Shown here: piece by piece, positions 17,551 through 25,946 of the stretch
Numbering within the stretch: position 1 is the stretch's first letter
Layout of the letters: each line of letters opens with the position of its first letter
Source of the DNA: Candidatus Latescibacterota bacterium
GTDB lineage: Bacteria > Latescibacterota > UBA2968 > UBA8231
Direction: 5' to 3'
Assembly (NCBI GenBank): GCA_965248265.1
Contig: CBDFJF010000001.1
Span: 448,001 to 512,000, forward strand
Length of the DNA stretch: 64,000 nucleotides
Notes under the pieces: generated by a model
What the model saw: the letters and a program-made list of their open reading frames with translations, nothing else
Database searches by the model: none
What the model was told of the DNA's origin: nothing
Translations under genes and position numbers: made by a program

Positions 17551-18869
17551 TGGAGCGATACGCACGACAAACCGTCATCGAAGGATGGGATCAGAGCCGA
17601 TTATCGGCGGCGACCGTCGCCATCGCGGGGACCGGCCCCACCGCTTTCATGTGTGCTCTGCTCTCCGTGGCCATGGGCTTCGGTAGGGTAGTGCTGATCG
17701 GCAAGGCCAAATCAACCGAGGCCGCCACCAAAGATCTTCCCGCACTGATGCAGTCATCGAATGACCTCTGGGTTGAGTTTCTGGGGCAAGTTAATCCGCA
17801 GGTGCGCATCTACCCGGTAAGTCGAACATGCTCACCGGAGTTGATTCGCCGATTGCCGCAGCTGGATGGCCTCGTGGTTGCCGGGAATGATGCGCGGGCG
17901 CTCGGGGTTGGCTGTCAGGTGGCGAGTGACGGCGCGGTTCCCGTGGTCGCCGGAGGTAGTGCCGGGCCTGTCGGTGTATGGGGTGCACCACAACTCGACG
18001 GCCTTACGAGCAAGTTGTCGAGATATCCCGAATCGCCGTTGACGGCCCAGATCATCGCCGCGTTGCTAGTGGAGGAGATCCGTAAGGATCTGCTACCCCT
18101 GTCGAATGAGGCGGGCCGTTCCTCGACCAGGAGGATTGTCGCCCTCTCGCGGCTGGCTCCAGAGAAGGCCAACGGTCGAGACCGGCTGTTCAGACTGACG
18201 ACGGACCAACTGCACATCGTCGGAGCAGGGGCCCTGGGAACCTGGTTCGGCATTGGCCTGGGCCTGGCCGGAGTGCGGGCTCAACTACATATCTTCGACG
18301 GGGATCACGTCGAGGAGACCAACCTCAATCGCCAGGTCCTGTTCGCCGGCGCCGTGGGAAAGCCTAAAGCGACCGTGCTGGCTGCCCGCCTGCAGGATCT
18401 GTTTCCGACGCTGCGGACCAACGGCTACGGGACCAGAGTCGCCGCCGACACGGAAGAGATGATGGAAGGGTCAGGCGTGGTCGCCGCGTGTCCGGACAAC
18501 TTCCAGGTGCGCGCCTTTCTCGCCAGTATGGCCATGCGCCGCAGGCAGACGCTTCTCAACGGAGGCACCAGCGCCGTCGGCGGATCCTGCACCGCTTACG
18601 TACCCGGGCACACCAGCTGCCTGTCGTGTCTGATGGACATCGAGCGCCTCGCCCTGCAGGAGATGGCGCCAACCGGTTGCGCCCAGCAGGTGGAGTCGTC
18701 AGTGGTTACGAGCAATGCCGCCATCGGCGCGCTGATGGCCTGGAGCTTCAAGGAGATGAGGTGTGGCCGGGTGCATCCGGGAATCTGGGAATACGACGGG
18801 CGGTCGCACGGTGAGCGCATCGGGGTGCACTCGGTGAGGCCGGCGTGCGAGTGTCATATGAAGGATTGA
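17550..18869 (+). CDS. E1-like activating enzyme with tandem ThiF domains (inactive + active adenylation domains, Zn site, catalytic Cys)
   Basis: Domain 1: RYARQ...WDQSRL...VAIAGTG (degenerate). Domain 2: GAGALG, DGDHVEETNLNRQ, GKPKA, DNFQVR, CLSC, PTGCA, C-terminal CECH. Start ATG overlaps the upstream TGA. Confidence 0.88.
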   Translation: MERYARQTVIEGWDQSRLSAATVAIAGTGPTAFMCALLSVAMGFGRVVLIGKAKSTEAATKDLPALMQSSNDLWVEFLGQVNPQVRIYPVSRTCSPELIRRLPQLDGLVVAGNDARALGVGCQVASDGAVPVVAGGSAGPVGVWGAPQLDGLTSKLSRYPESPLTAQIIAALLVEEIRKDLLPLSNEAGRSSTRRIVALSRLAPEKANGRDRLFRLTTDQLHIVGAGALGTWFGIGLGLAGVRAQLHIFDGDHVEETNLNRQVLFAGAVGKPKATVLAARLQDLFPTLRTNGYGTRVAADTEEMMEGSGVVAACPDNFQVRAFLASMAMRRRQTLLNGGTSAVGGSCTAYVPGHTSCLSCLMDIERLALQEMAPTGCAQQVESSVVTSNAAIGALMAWSFKEMRCGRVHPGIWEYDGRSHGERIGVHSVRPACECHMKD

Positions 18870-18892
18870 CGCTGAAGTTCATGACGGGAAAC

Positions 18893-18989
18893 AGGCACCT
18901 ACGTTGCCATCACGTAATTACCTGTTTATCGCAAACAAACATGGTGGCTCCTCGCGGAATCGAACCGCGGACACGGGGATTTTCGGTCC
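18893..18989 (-). repeat. Att-like direct repeat: tRNA-Phe 3' fragment (18942-18989) plus downstream hairpin
   Basis: Near-identical to 20813-20909 (tRNA 3' 48 nt and the AGGCACCTACGTTGC...ACGTAA...CCTGTTT hairpin). Confidence 0.85.
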
Positions 18990-19192
18990 GGTCCCGAAGA
19001 AAACAAGATCAACCTCTAACACGCATTAAGACACTAGTGGACACCTGCTTGATCATGCTGGGGATGATCTAACCGCCCCGTGCTTGGTCCACCCTCCGAA
19101 TCTCCGTACCCTATCGATCAACCCTGAGCCGATATCCATGCGATCTATTCGAACTCCCCCTGTGTCGGGGTGTTCGGGAAGCCTCATGATGC

Positions 19193-20584
19193 ATGACGAG
19201 TGACAAGAACAAGACAAAGGCGCAACTGCTGGTTGAGGTGAAAGAGTTACGTGAGGCGCGCGCAACCAGTGAATCAGCGGAACGCATTCGAGAGGCAGTG
19301 CTGTCGATGCGGCACAGTGATGACTTGATGAACGTAATGGGGTTGATGGTTGTGGAGTTGAGGCAGCTCGGAATAGAAGATATATGTTGCGGCATCAGTT
19401 TTTTCGATGAAGAGAGCGATCTCCGAATCGATTATTACGGTTGGGACAATCCACGCCATTACGGCATTTCCTGGACCTCGTCTGCGGTGAGGGAGATAAC
19501 CGACACGGTAGCGGGTTACAAATTTGAGCGGAAACTATCGGAGAGTCCCTCGAAAACATTTGAAATCTGGCGCCGGGGCAAGGTGCACCACGGCGGAGAG
19601 GGGATGAAATATTGGATTGAACGGACCAGTCGCGAGTTTGTGGAACGGTTCGGGTTCAGCCGTCCTCTACCTTGGTTTGATCGGGAGGATGTGAACGTGA
19701 CATACGTGCCTTTCGAACATGGAATAGTTCACGCTCTTGGCAGTACGTTGTCAGCTTCCGAGGTGGGGTTCGTAAAACACTTCACTACAGCTCTATCCCT
19801 GGGGTACGTCCGCTTTCGCGACTTCCAGTGCCTTGAGGAAAGAGCACGCCAGCTAGAACAGGAACTGGAGACAGCCCGCGATCTGCAGATGGCGCTCATG
19901 CCAACGGATTCTCCGGCTATCGAGGGACTACAGATTGCAGCTCGTTGCATCCCCGCCACACAGGTAGGTGGTGATTTCTTCCAATACTTCCACACTGACG
20001 ATCGCCTCTCCATTTCCATAGCAGACGTGACCGGCCACGCGATGGAAGCCGCCATCCCCGTAGTCATGTTCGAGGGTGTACTGTCCAGCCAAATGCGTAT
20101 CGGACCGGATCTGGAGAGCCTGTTCACTGCCCTCAATGACGTAATGGCCGATAGGCTCACAGGCCGCACCCATGTCTGTTTCTCCATGGCTCAGATCGAT
20201 ATCAACACCAGAGCAGTTCGCTTCGCCAATGCCGGTTGCCCGTATCCCTACCATTACAACGCGATCTCAGAGACCGTCACCGAGCTTGAGGCCAACGCAT
20301 ATCCTTTTGGTGTACGCGCAGGCACGACCTACCAAGCCGTCGAGGCCCAATTGGAACCAGGCGATCGACTCGTGTTCTGCTCTGACGGCATCATGGAGGC
20401 CAGGAACCCTGAGGGTGAGATGTATGGTTTCGACCAGACGGCTGAGACGGTCCGCCAGGGCTGCCAGGACGGTCTGGCCTCGGAGGCGTTGCTGGATCGT
20501 ATTGTCGTCGACGTGCGATCCTTCAGCGGCGAGCAGCCCCAAGAGGACGATCAGACTATCGTAATTATAGGCGTTGAATCTTGA
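19193..20584 (+). CDS. PP2C/SpoIIE (RsbU-like) serine phosphatase with N-terminal GAF-like region
   Basis: ELETARDLQMALMP, VGGDFF, IADVTGH, NAG, SDGIMEA, DDQT. Confidence 0.9.
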   Translation: MTSDKNKTKAQLLVEVKELREARATSESAERIREAVLSMRHSDDLMNVMGLMVVELRQLGIEDICCGISFFDEESDLRIDYYGWDNPRHYGISWTSSAVREITDTVAGYKFERKLSESPSKTFEIWRRGKVHHGGEGMKYWIERTSREFVERFGFSRPLPWFDREDVNVTYVPFEHGIVHALGSTLSASEVGFVKHFTTALSLGYVRFRDFQCLEERARQLEQELETARDLQMALMPTDSPAIEGLQIAARCIPATQVGGDFFQYFHTDDRLSISIADVTGHAMEAAIPVVMFEGVLSSQMRIGPDLESLFTALNDVMADRLTGRTHVCFSMAQIDINTRAVRFANAGCPYPYHYNAISETVTELEANAYPFGVRAGTTYQAVEAQLEPGDRLVFCSDGIMEARNPEGEMYGFDQTAETVRQGCQDGLASEALLDRIVVDVRSFSGEQPQEDDQTIVIIGVES

Positions 20585-20805
20585 CGTTAGGGTGGACCTG
20601 ACCACGAATGAATCGACTGATTAGACAGGCCGTTCTGATGCTCGATCTGTTCTGCGGGTAAGCCATTGCGTCTTCTGCAACAAGGAAGGGCTCAATAACG
20701 CCGCGGAGAGAGCAGGTACCCAAGTCTCACATGACCACGAAAAGAGTGCGATCCAACAGCTTCGGTACCAAGATAGTCGCCACAAGACGCAAAAGACTGC
20801 ATAAC

Positions 20806-20843
20806 AAAAAAAAGGCACCTACGTTGCTATCACGTAAGTGCCT
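20806..20843 (-). terminator. Intrinsic terminator downstream of tRNA-Phe
   Basis: Minus strand AGGCACTTACGT-loop-ACGTAGGTGCC followed by T8. Confidence 0.7.
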
Positions 20844-20861
20844 GTTTACATTAAAGAAATA

Positions 20862-20937
20862 TGGTGGCTCCTCGCAGAATCGAACTGCGGACACGGGGAT
20901 TTTCAGTCCCCTGCTCTACCGACTGAGCTAAAGAGCC
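20862..20937 (-). tRNA. tRNA-Phe (GAA)
   Basis: Reverse complement GGCTCTTTAGCTCAGTCGGTAGAGCAGGGGACTGAAAATCCCCGTGTCCGCAGTTCGATTCTGCGAGGAGCCACCA: 76-nt cloverleaf, GAA anticodon, encoded CCA. Confidence 0.97.
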
Positions 20938-20990
20938 ACCAAGTCCAAAAAAATAGTACCCCCGGCCACATTCACTGTCAAGAGAATGGC

Positions 20991-21563
20991 ATGAGCGTCA
21001 CGCTAATACCGTTCAGCATGCCTGAACCGATGGAGATCCCCGAACACATTGTCGCCTCTCTGCGGGCGATGGCCCCCGATGAGGCCGTGCTCAAGGGCAT
21101 GGAGTTGCTGGCGCAGATCGACGCCGCCGAGCTGTTGGTTTACGACAAGGTCGTCGACGAACGACTGATGCTTGGCTCGGTGTACTCCAAAAATGGCGAT
21201 GGGTCAGAGCTGCAGCAGAAGCTGAAAAGTGAAGCCTGCTACGGTCAGGCGCTCGACGCCGATAGTTCTCTGGCAGGCAGTGCCTTCGCCCAGGGTTCGG
21301 CGCTGCTGGTAATGGGACAAGCCGAGGAAGGAGAAGAAGCCGGACCGTTTCCTCAAACCCTGAAGGAAGCCATCCTGAATGGCGCGTCCAGCGGCGATGT
21401 CGGCTTCAATTATGTATTGACGTTCAAGGGTCAGGATGGACGCGCGCTCGGGGCACTGACGTTGATGCGGCCGCACGGCAGTGGCCCCCTGAACCACGAA
21501 CAGCCGAACATAACGGAAGGGTTACGTCGGCTGCTCGGTGATATACTGCAGGATGGTGCCTGA
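20991..21563 (+). CDS. Hypothetical protein, GAF-like
   Basis: SLAGSAFAQGSALLV...DGRALGALTLMR pattern resembles a GAF domain; start moved downstream of the tRNA. Confidence 0.55.
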   Translation: MSVTLIPFSMPEPMEIPEHIVASLRAMAPDEAVLKGMELLAQIDAAELLVYDKVVDERLMLGSVYSKNGDGSELQQKLKSEACYGQALDADSSLAGSAFAQGSALLVMGQAEEGEEAGPFPQTLKEAILNGASSGDVGFNYVLTFKGQDGRALGALTLMRPHGSGPLNHEQPNITEGLRRLLGDILQDGA

Positions 21564-21570
21564 GACTCTA

Positions 21571-21840
21571 CTAACTGGCCACTGTCTCAATAACACCGTT
21601 TTCAATCAACCAGGTTTCCACTTCTTCGCCACTGACATCCGCGAGCATCTGGTCGTTGACGACGACGCATGGAGACAGAGGCTGTCCGCTCTTCTGAACC
21701 ATTTCGGCATAATTCTCAGGATTGTTGATGATGTCCTTGTCTTCGTATGCCAGATCGTATTTGGAGAAGACTTCGCGGACACCTGCGCTCCAGCCGCAAA
21801 CCGGTTTCAAGAAGGCGGTGATCTTCGGTGCGTCAGCCAT
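21571..21840 (-). CDS. Monothiol glutaredoxin-like protein (CGWS)
   Basis: KPVCGWSAGV, SGQPLSPCVVVND; start ATG 21840. Confidence 0.85.
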   Translation of the reverse strand: MADAPKITAFLKPVCGWSAGVREVFSKYDLAYEDKDIINNPENYAEMVQKSGQPLSPCVVVNDQMLADVSGEEVETWLIENGVIETVAS

Positions 21841-22108
21841 CGGAATTCCCTTTTCGAAAATGGTGGTCTGATGTACTGGCCCGACGTACTGCCATGACGG
21901 GCCATTCATGGTGCTTGGCGCTAATATAGGAAGCCGTATCTATCTGTCAAGCCAACCTGTTACGACGCAAAACGACAATTGACGGAAACGCTCCATCGCC
22001 GTACATTGGGCACGCAATTTTCGCAGTCCCTAGCGACCATATTGTGACCTTTCTCCATGCCTTCCCCGAACCCAATCCAGATACGCGAACCTCAATAGCG
22101 AGTACATC

Positions 22109-23380
22109 ATGGCGGCTGAAGAAGCTCTGTACATAGAGGGGGGCAAACCGCTCAGCGGCGAAACCGAGATCCAGGGCTCGAAAAATGCGGCCCTGCCGAT
22201 GATCGCAGCATCGCTACTGGCCGAGGAGGGCCAAACCGTCCTGCATCGGATACCGCCTGTGAAGGATGTCCTGGTCGCACTGGAAATACTGCGGCAGTTG
22301 GGCGCCAAGGTTGACTACGATGCCACCGAGGGAGTGGCGGTCATCGACGCCGTCGGCGTCGAGCGCACTGACCTGTCTCCAGAACTGTCCGGTCGCCTGC
22401 GGGCATCGCTGCTGTTCGTTGGCGCTCTGTTGAGCCGGTTTCACCGGGTCACTGTCGCCGAGGTTGGTGGCTGTAACATCGGCGAGCGCTCGACGGATTA
22501 TCACTACCGAGGTTTCGCCCGCATGGGGGCCAAAGTCACGGGTACCGGTACGGGCTACGACGTCACAGCGGACACGTTGCGTGGCGCCAACATGTATTGC
22601 GACCTGCCCAGTCACACGGGGACGGAGAATCTCACGATGGCAGCCAGTCTGGCTGAAGGCGAGTCAACGATCGTTAATGCCGGCTCTGACCCAGAGATTT
22701 CCGATCTGGCGCGGTTGCTCAAGAAAATGGGAGCCGACATCGATGGTGTCGGAACGCGCACGGTGCGTATTCGCGGTGTGAAAAAGCTTCGGGGCGCGGA
22801 GCACACGGTCATGTACGATCGCCTGGATGCCGCCACCATGATGATGGCAGGCACGATCACGGCCGGCGATATTCGCTTGAAGGGCGTCAATCGCCATCAT
22901 CTGCAGATCTTCGAAGCCAAGCTGTTGCAGATGGGGGTCCATATCGAGCAGGTTGGAGGCGAATGGATTCATCTTCAGAGCCCGGAGAAACTGCACCCGA
23001 TCAACGTCGTCAGTACTTACTACCCGGGTTTTCCGACTGACCTGCAGCCCAGCATCACCGCACTGGCTTGCCGGGCGGAGGGGGACAGCTACATCCGTGA
23101 GACGGTTTTCGAGGACCGTTTCGGACACGTCAAGATGCTCAGAGCATTCGGGGCGACCCTCTCTCCGGAGAAGGACCAACTCCTGATCGTACCCGGGCCG
23201 CAGCAGTTCAAGGCTGCCCGCGTTCGCGCCAGTGACATACGTGCGGGCGCCACCTGCGTCCTGGCGGGCCTCTCCGCGCAGGGCAAGACCAGCATCTCCA
23301 ACCTGTATCAGCTCGATCGCGGTCTCACGGACCTCGTCGGAAGGTTGACTGAGTTGGGTGCCGACGTAGAGAGAATCTGA
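22109..23380 (+). CDS. murA: UDP-N-acetylglucosamine 1-carboxyvinyltransferase
   Basis: GSKNAALP, LRAS, GGCNIGER, YPGFPTDLQ, ETVFEDRF, DIRAGA, LDRG. Confidence 0.93.
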   Translation: MAAEEALYIEGGKPLSGETEIQGSKNAALPMIAASLLAEEGQTVLHRIPPVKDVLVALEILRQLGAKVDYDATEGVAVIDAVGVERTDLSPELSGRLRASLLFVGALLSRFHRVTVAEVGGCNIGERSTDYHYRGFARMGAKVTGTGTGYDVTADTLRGANMYCDLPSHTGTENLTMAASLAEGESTIVNAGSDPEISDLARLLKKMGADIDGVGTRTVRIRGVKKLRGAEHTVMYDRLDAATMMMAGTITAGDIRLKGVNRHHLQIFEAKLLQMGVHIEQVGGEWIHLQSPEKLHPINVVSTYYPGFPTDLQPSITALACRAEGDSYIRETVFEDRFGHVKMLRAFGATLSPEKDQLLIVPGPQQFKAARVRASDIRAGATCVLAGLSAQGKTSISNLYQLDRGLTDLVGRLTELGADVERI

Positions 23381-23415
23381 GTCCCGGGCGAATCCCCGCC
23401 CCCTCGATCGTCAAC

Positions 23416-23763
23416 ATGACAGCGGCGCCGAGCAAGAGCCTCAGCGATTACCAGCGCGATGTCGATGACTGGGTTCGCACGATCGGTGTCCGCTACTTCT
23501 CCGAACTGACCAACACAGCCATCTTGATGGAAGAGGTCGGCGAAGTTGCCCGCTTGATGGCGCGCCAATTCGGCGACCAGAGTTTCAAACCGGGTCGAGA
23601 GCAGGATGCCGATCTGGGCATGGAAATGGCCGATGTGCTTTTCGTTCTGATCTGTCTGGCGAATCAGACAGGCGTCGACCTGGAGGAGGCCTTCGCACGC
23701 GCCATGGAGAAGAAGACGTCCCGGGATCGCGAGCGCCACGGTTCGAACCCAAAATTGAAATGA
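23416..23763 (+). CDS. MazG-like nucleotide pyrophosphohydrolase (YpjD-like)
   Basis: YFSELTN, EEVGEVAR, EMADVLFVLICLANQTGVDL. Confidence 0.9.
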   Translation: MTAAPSKSLSDYQRDVDDWVRTIGVRYFSELTNTAILMEEVGEVARLMARQFGDQSFKPGREQDADLGMEMADVLFVLICLANQTGVDLEEAFARAMEKKTSRDRERHGSNPKLK

Positions 23764-25142
23764 AATCCTTTTCACGCATGCGATTGAATGCCATCCTCGT
23801 GCTTTCGTTGACTTCTGCCTGCGACCTGATTAATCCAGCCAACAGTCAGGATTACAATCCGAGCCGGCTCCCCGTCGGGGAGTTGACCCTGTCTACGTGG
23901 TTGCCGGCGGGCCTTCCTGAATTTCGCCTCACAGAACAGGACGAGTCCAACCTGGCCAATCTTGGGCTCACCGAAATCGAATGGCTGCAACGAACGGGCA
24001 ACGGTGACAGCACCGCCGAGGAACTGGCGATGGCCTTCTGCGACCGCGCAGGCTTAAGGATGCCAGTATATTACGAGCCTCCTGGTTTTTCGCCGTACGA
24101 CAAATTGCACAACTGGGCGACGAAGCCGGAGGTCGGCCCCGACTTCGAGGAGGCCGTGCGCGAGAGGGTGCTCGGGCTGAAATCGCGTTGGATGGGATCA
24201 GCGGGTTTCGGTGGCTACCTGATCGGTCACGAGGACTACTCAAACCGATTCTACGAGGCGCTGGGGCGAACGGTTTCCGTGCTGCGTTCCGAGGATCCGG
24301 GACGGCCCGCCGTCACGGTCGGTAGTATCGACCACTACTCACAGGTAGATCGATTCCTTGACGCGTTCTTCGATGAAGAAGGGGTTCCCAACATCTTCCA
24401 ACACGAGCACTACGTGTTCAGGGCTTCCACCCCCACCAGCGGTCGTGGTCTGCAACGGAACCTGGACGATCTGGTCGCTGGCTATGGCAGAGTTGCGCGC
24501 CATTTACAAGATAGGCTCGGTCGTTGGCACGCCATCGTGCAGGTTCAGAGCGAAACCCGGGACGGGAACGGGGAACAGGGGCTGTATTACCGCAAACCGA
24601 CGGGCGCTGAGATCGGCGTGCAAGCTGGAATGGCGCTGGCTCGAGGCGCGTCCGGCATCGTCTACTTCCTGTACAGCTCCGGGAACGAAGAGGTCCGCGA
24701 CGGCGACGGCGATCTGCTCCAGCTGCGCAGGTACCAGGGCATCGTCGATACCGATGGAACGGCTACTCCGACCTATTCAGCGGTGCAGCGAATCAACACA
24801 CAGCTGCGCTCGCTGAGTCCTTACCTGGCACCACTTCATTTCCACGGCGGCTACGCCTCTTCCCGTGGCCTGCCCGATGAGGCACCCGTGGTCAGCGCGG
24901 ACGATGACCTGGAGTTGGGGTTCTTCGGTAATCGAGAGATCGAGACGCACGTTCTGGTGGTCAACCGCCGGCCCGAGCAAGCACGAGAGGTGCGCCTGGT
25001 GGTCACAGCCCAGGGCGTACAGGATGCACTGTCGGGTGTTGCGCTCGCGGTCGTTGAAGGAACGGTCACGCTCAATCTTGAGGCAGGCGGGATGCAGTTG
25101 ATCGAGCTAATTCAATCAGTCGGTAGCGAGTCGGGCGGCTAA
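23760..25142 (+). CDS. Lipoprotein, putative glycoside hydrolase-like TIM barrel with C-terminal beta domain
   Basis: Lipobox LTSAC; GYLIGHE; ALARGASGIVYFLY pattern. Confidence 0.55.
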   Translation: MKSFSRMRLNAILVLSLTSACDLINPANSQDYNPSRLPVGELTLSTWLPAGLPEFRLTEQDESNLANLGLTEIEWLQRTGNGDSTAEELAMAFCDRAGLRMPVYYEPPGFSPYDKLHNWATKPEVGPDFEEAVRERVLGLKSRWMGSAGFGGYLIGHEDYSNRFYEALGRTVSVLRSEDPGRPAVTVGSIDHYSQVDRFLDAFFDEEGVPNIFQHEHYVFRASTPTSGRGLQRNLDDLVAGYGRVARHLQDRLGRWHAIVQVQSETRDGNGEQGLYYRKPTGAEIGVQAGMALARGASGIVYFLYSSGNEEVRDGDGDLLQLRRYQGIVDTDGTATPTYSAVQRINTQLRSLSPYLAPLHFHGGYASSRGLPDEAPVVSADDDLELGFFGNREIETHVLVVNRRPEQAREVRLVVTAQGVQDALSGVALAVVEGTVTLNLEAGGMQLIELIQSVGSESGG

Positions 25143-25175
25143 AAGCCGGGCCACTGAAGTCGGTCAACAGAAGAA

Positions 25176-25541
25176 TCAAAAATCGAGGACCTGTTTCAGG
25201 CACAATTCAACAATCCGCATCAGCTGCAATGAGGCCGGCGCCAAGCGTTTGATGGGCTTGCCAGAATCCGCATCATACAAACGCCGATTGTCGATCGCCC
25301 TGATCTGGTCGATCAGAATGTCGGACGGTTTGAGGCCCTTTGTGCGCGCAGGAACCCGAACCCTAAGGGGTTCGGCGTCGTCCACTATGCGAGTTGTGAG
25401 AGGAACCACGATCGTCGAAGGATGTCCCGTGCGGCTCAGGAGATCGCTCTGCAGAACCAGGACAGGACGCGTTTTTCCTGGCTCCGTTCCGCGACGGGGG
25501 CGCAAGTCCGCCAGATAGAACCAACCGCGTTCGATTTGCAT
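25176..25541 (-). CDS. MazF/PemK family toxin (type II toxin-antitoxin)
   Basis: MQIERGWFYLADL...GTEPGKTRPVLVLQ...IVVPLTT...DQIRAID. Confidence 0.9.
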   Translation of the reverse strand: MQIERGWFYLADLRPRRGTEPGKTRPVLVLQSDLLSRTGHPSTIVVPLTTRIVDDAEPLRVRVPARTKGLKPSDILIDQIRAIDNRRLYDADSGKPIKRLAPASLQLMRIVELCLKQVLDF

Positions 25542-25558
25542 CGTCGTAACGCCAGTCG

Positions 25559-25813
25559 TCAACGCCGGGATTCGATTTCCTCGTCGATATCGAACTCGGC
25601 CGCTTCCATCTCCCGGTTGACCTCGAGGTTTTTTCCTCGGCACTTCATGGAGGCATCGAGAAATTTGCTGGCCAGCACCTCCCTCTCGACAATGGTATTG
25701 TACTGCGCGATGGCTTCACGGATGTATGATGTACGCGTCGTAGATCGGCACCCGGCCAGGTAATCGGTCTTCGCCAGCTGTTCTGAGTCGAGCTTGAGGT
25801 TAATCTGAGCCAT
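25559..25813 (-). CDS. Ribbon-helix-helix (CopG-like) antitoxin
   Basis: QINLKLD...TRTSYIREAI, acidic C-terminus, directly upstream of the toxin. Confidence 0.8.
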   Translation of the reverse strand: MAQINLKLDSEQLAKTDYLAGCRSTTRTSYIREAIAQYNTIVEREVLASKFLDASMKCRGKNLEVNREMEAAEFDIDEEIESRR

Positions 25814-25946
25814 ATCGCACCATCATGAACATAAGATATGAACATATATTGTATATATTAAAAGAATACGTAATTTCAATACTTTCGCAAGTTCGGACCA
25901 TTCCTCCCCTGAACAAGCTCCGTACCCGATCGTAAAGGGAGAGATC

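Noticed and set aside
15850-18869. Ordinary ThiS/ThiF or MoaD/MoeB sulfur-carrier pair
   Set aside because: No thiG, moaE, rhodanese or cysteine synthase nearby; the tandem-ThiF E1 and intervening Cys-motif protein fit conjugation better. Not fully excluded.
18942-18989. Second functional tRNA-Phe
   Set aside because: Lacks the 5' acceptor strand and D arm; it is only a 3' fragment.
15103-20937. Prophage or complete integrative element
   Set aside because: No integrase, structural, replication or conjugation genes are visible.
20838-20990. N-terminal part of ORF 20838..21563
   Set aside because: Antisense to tRNA-Phe; the real start is downstream.
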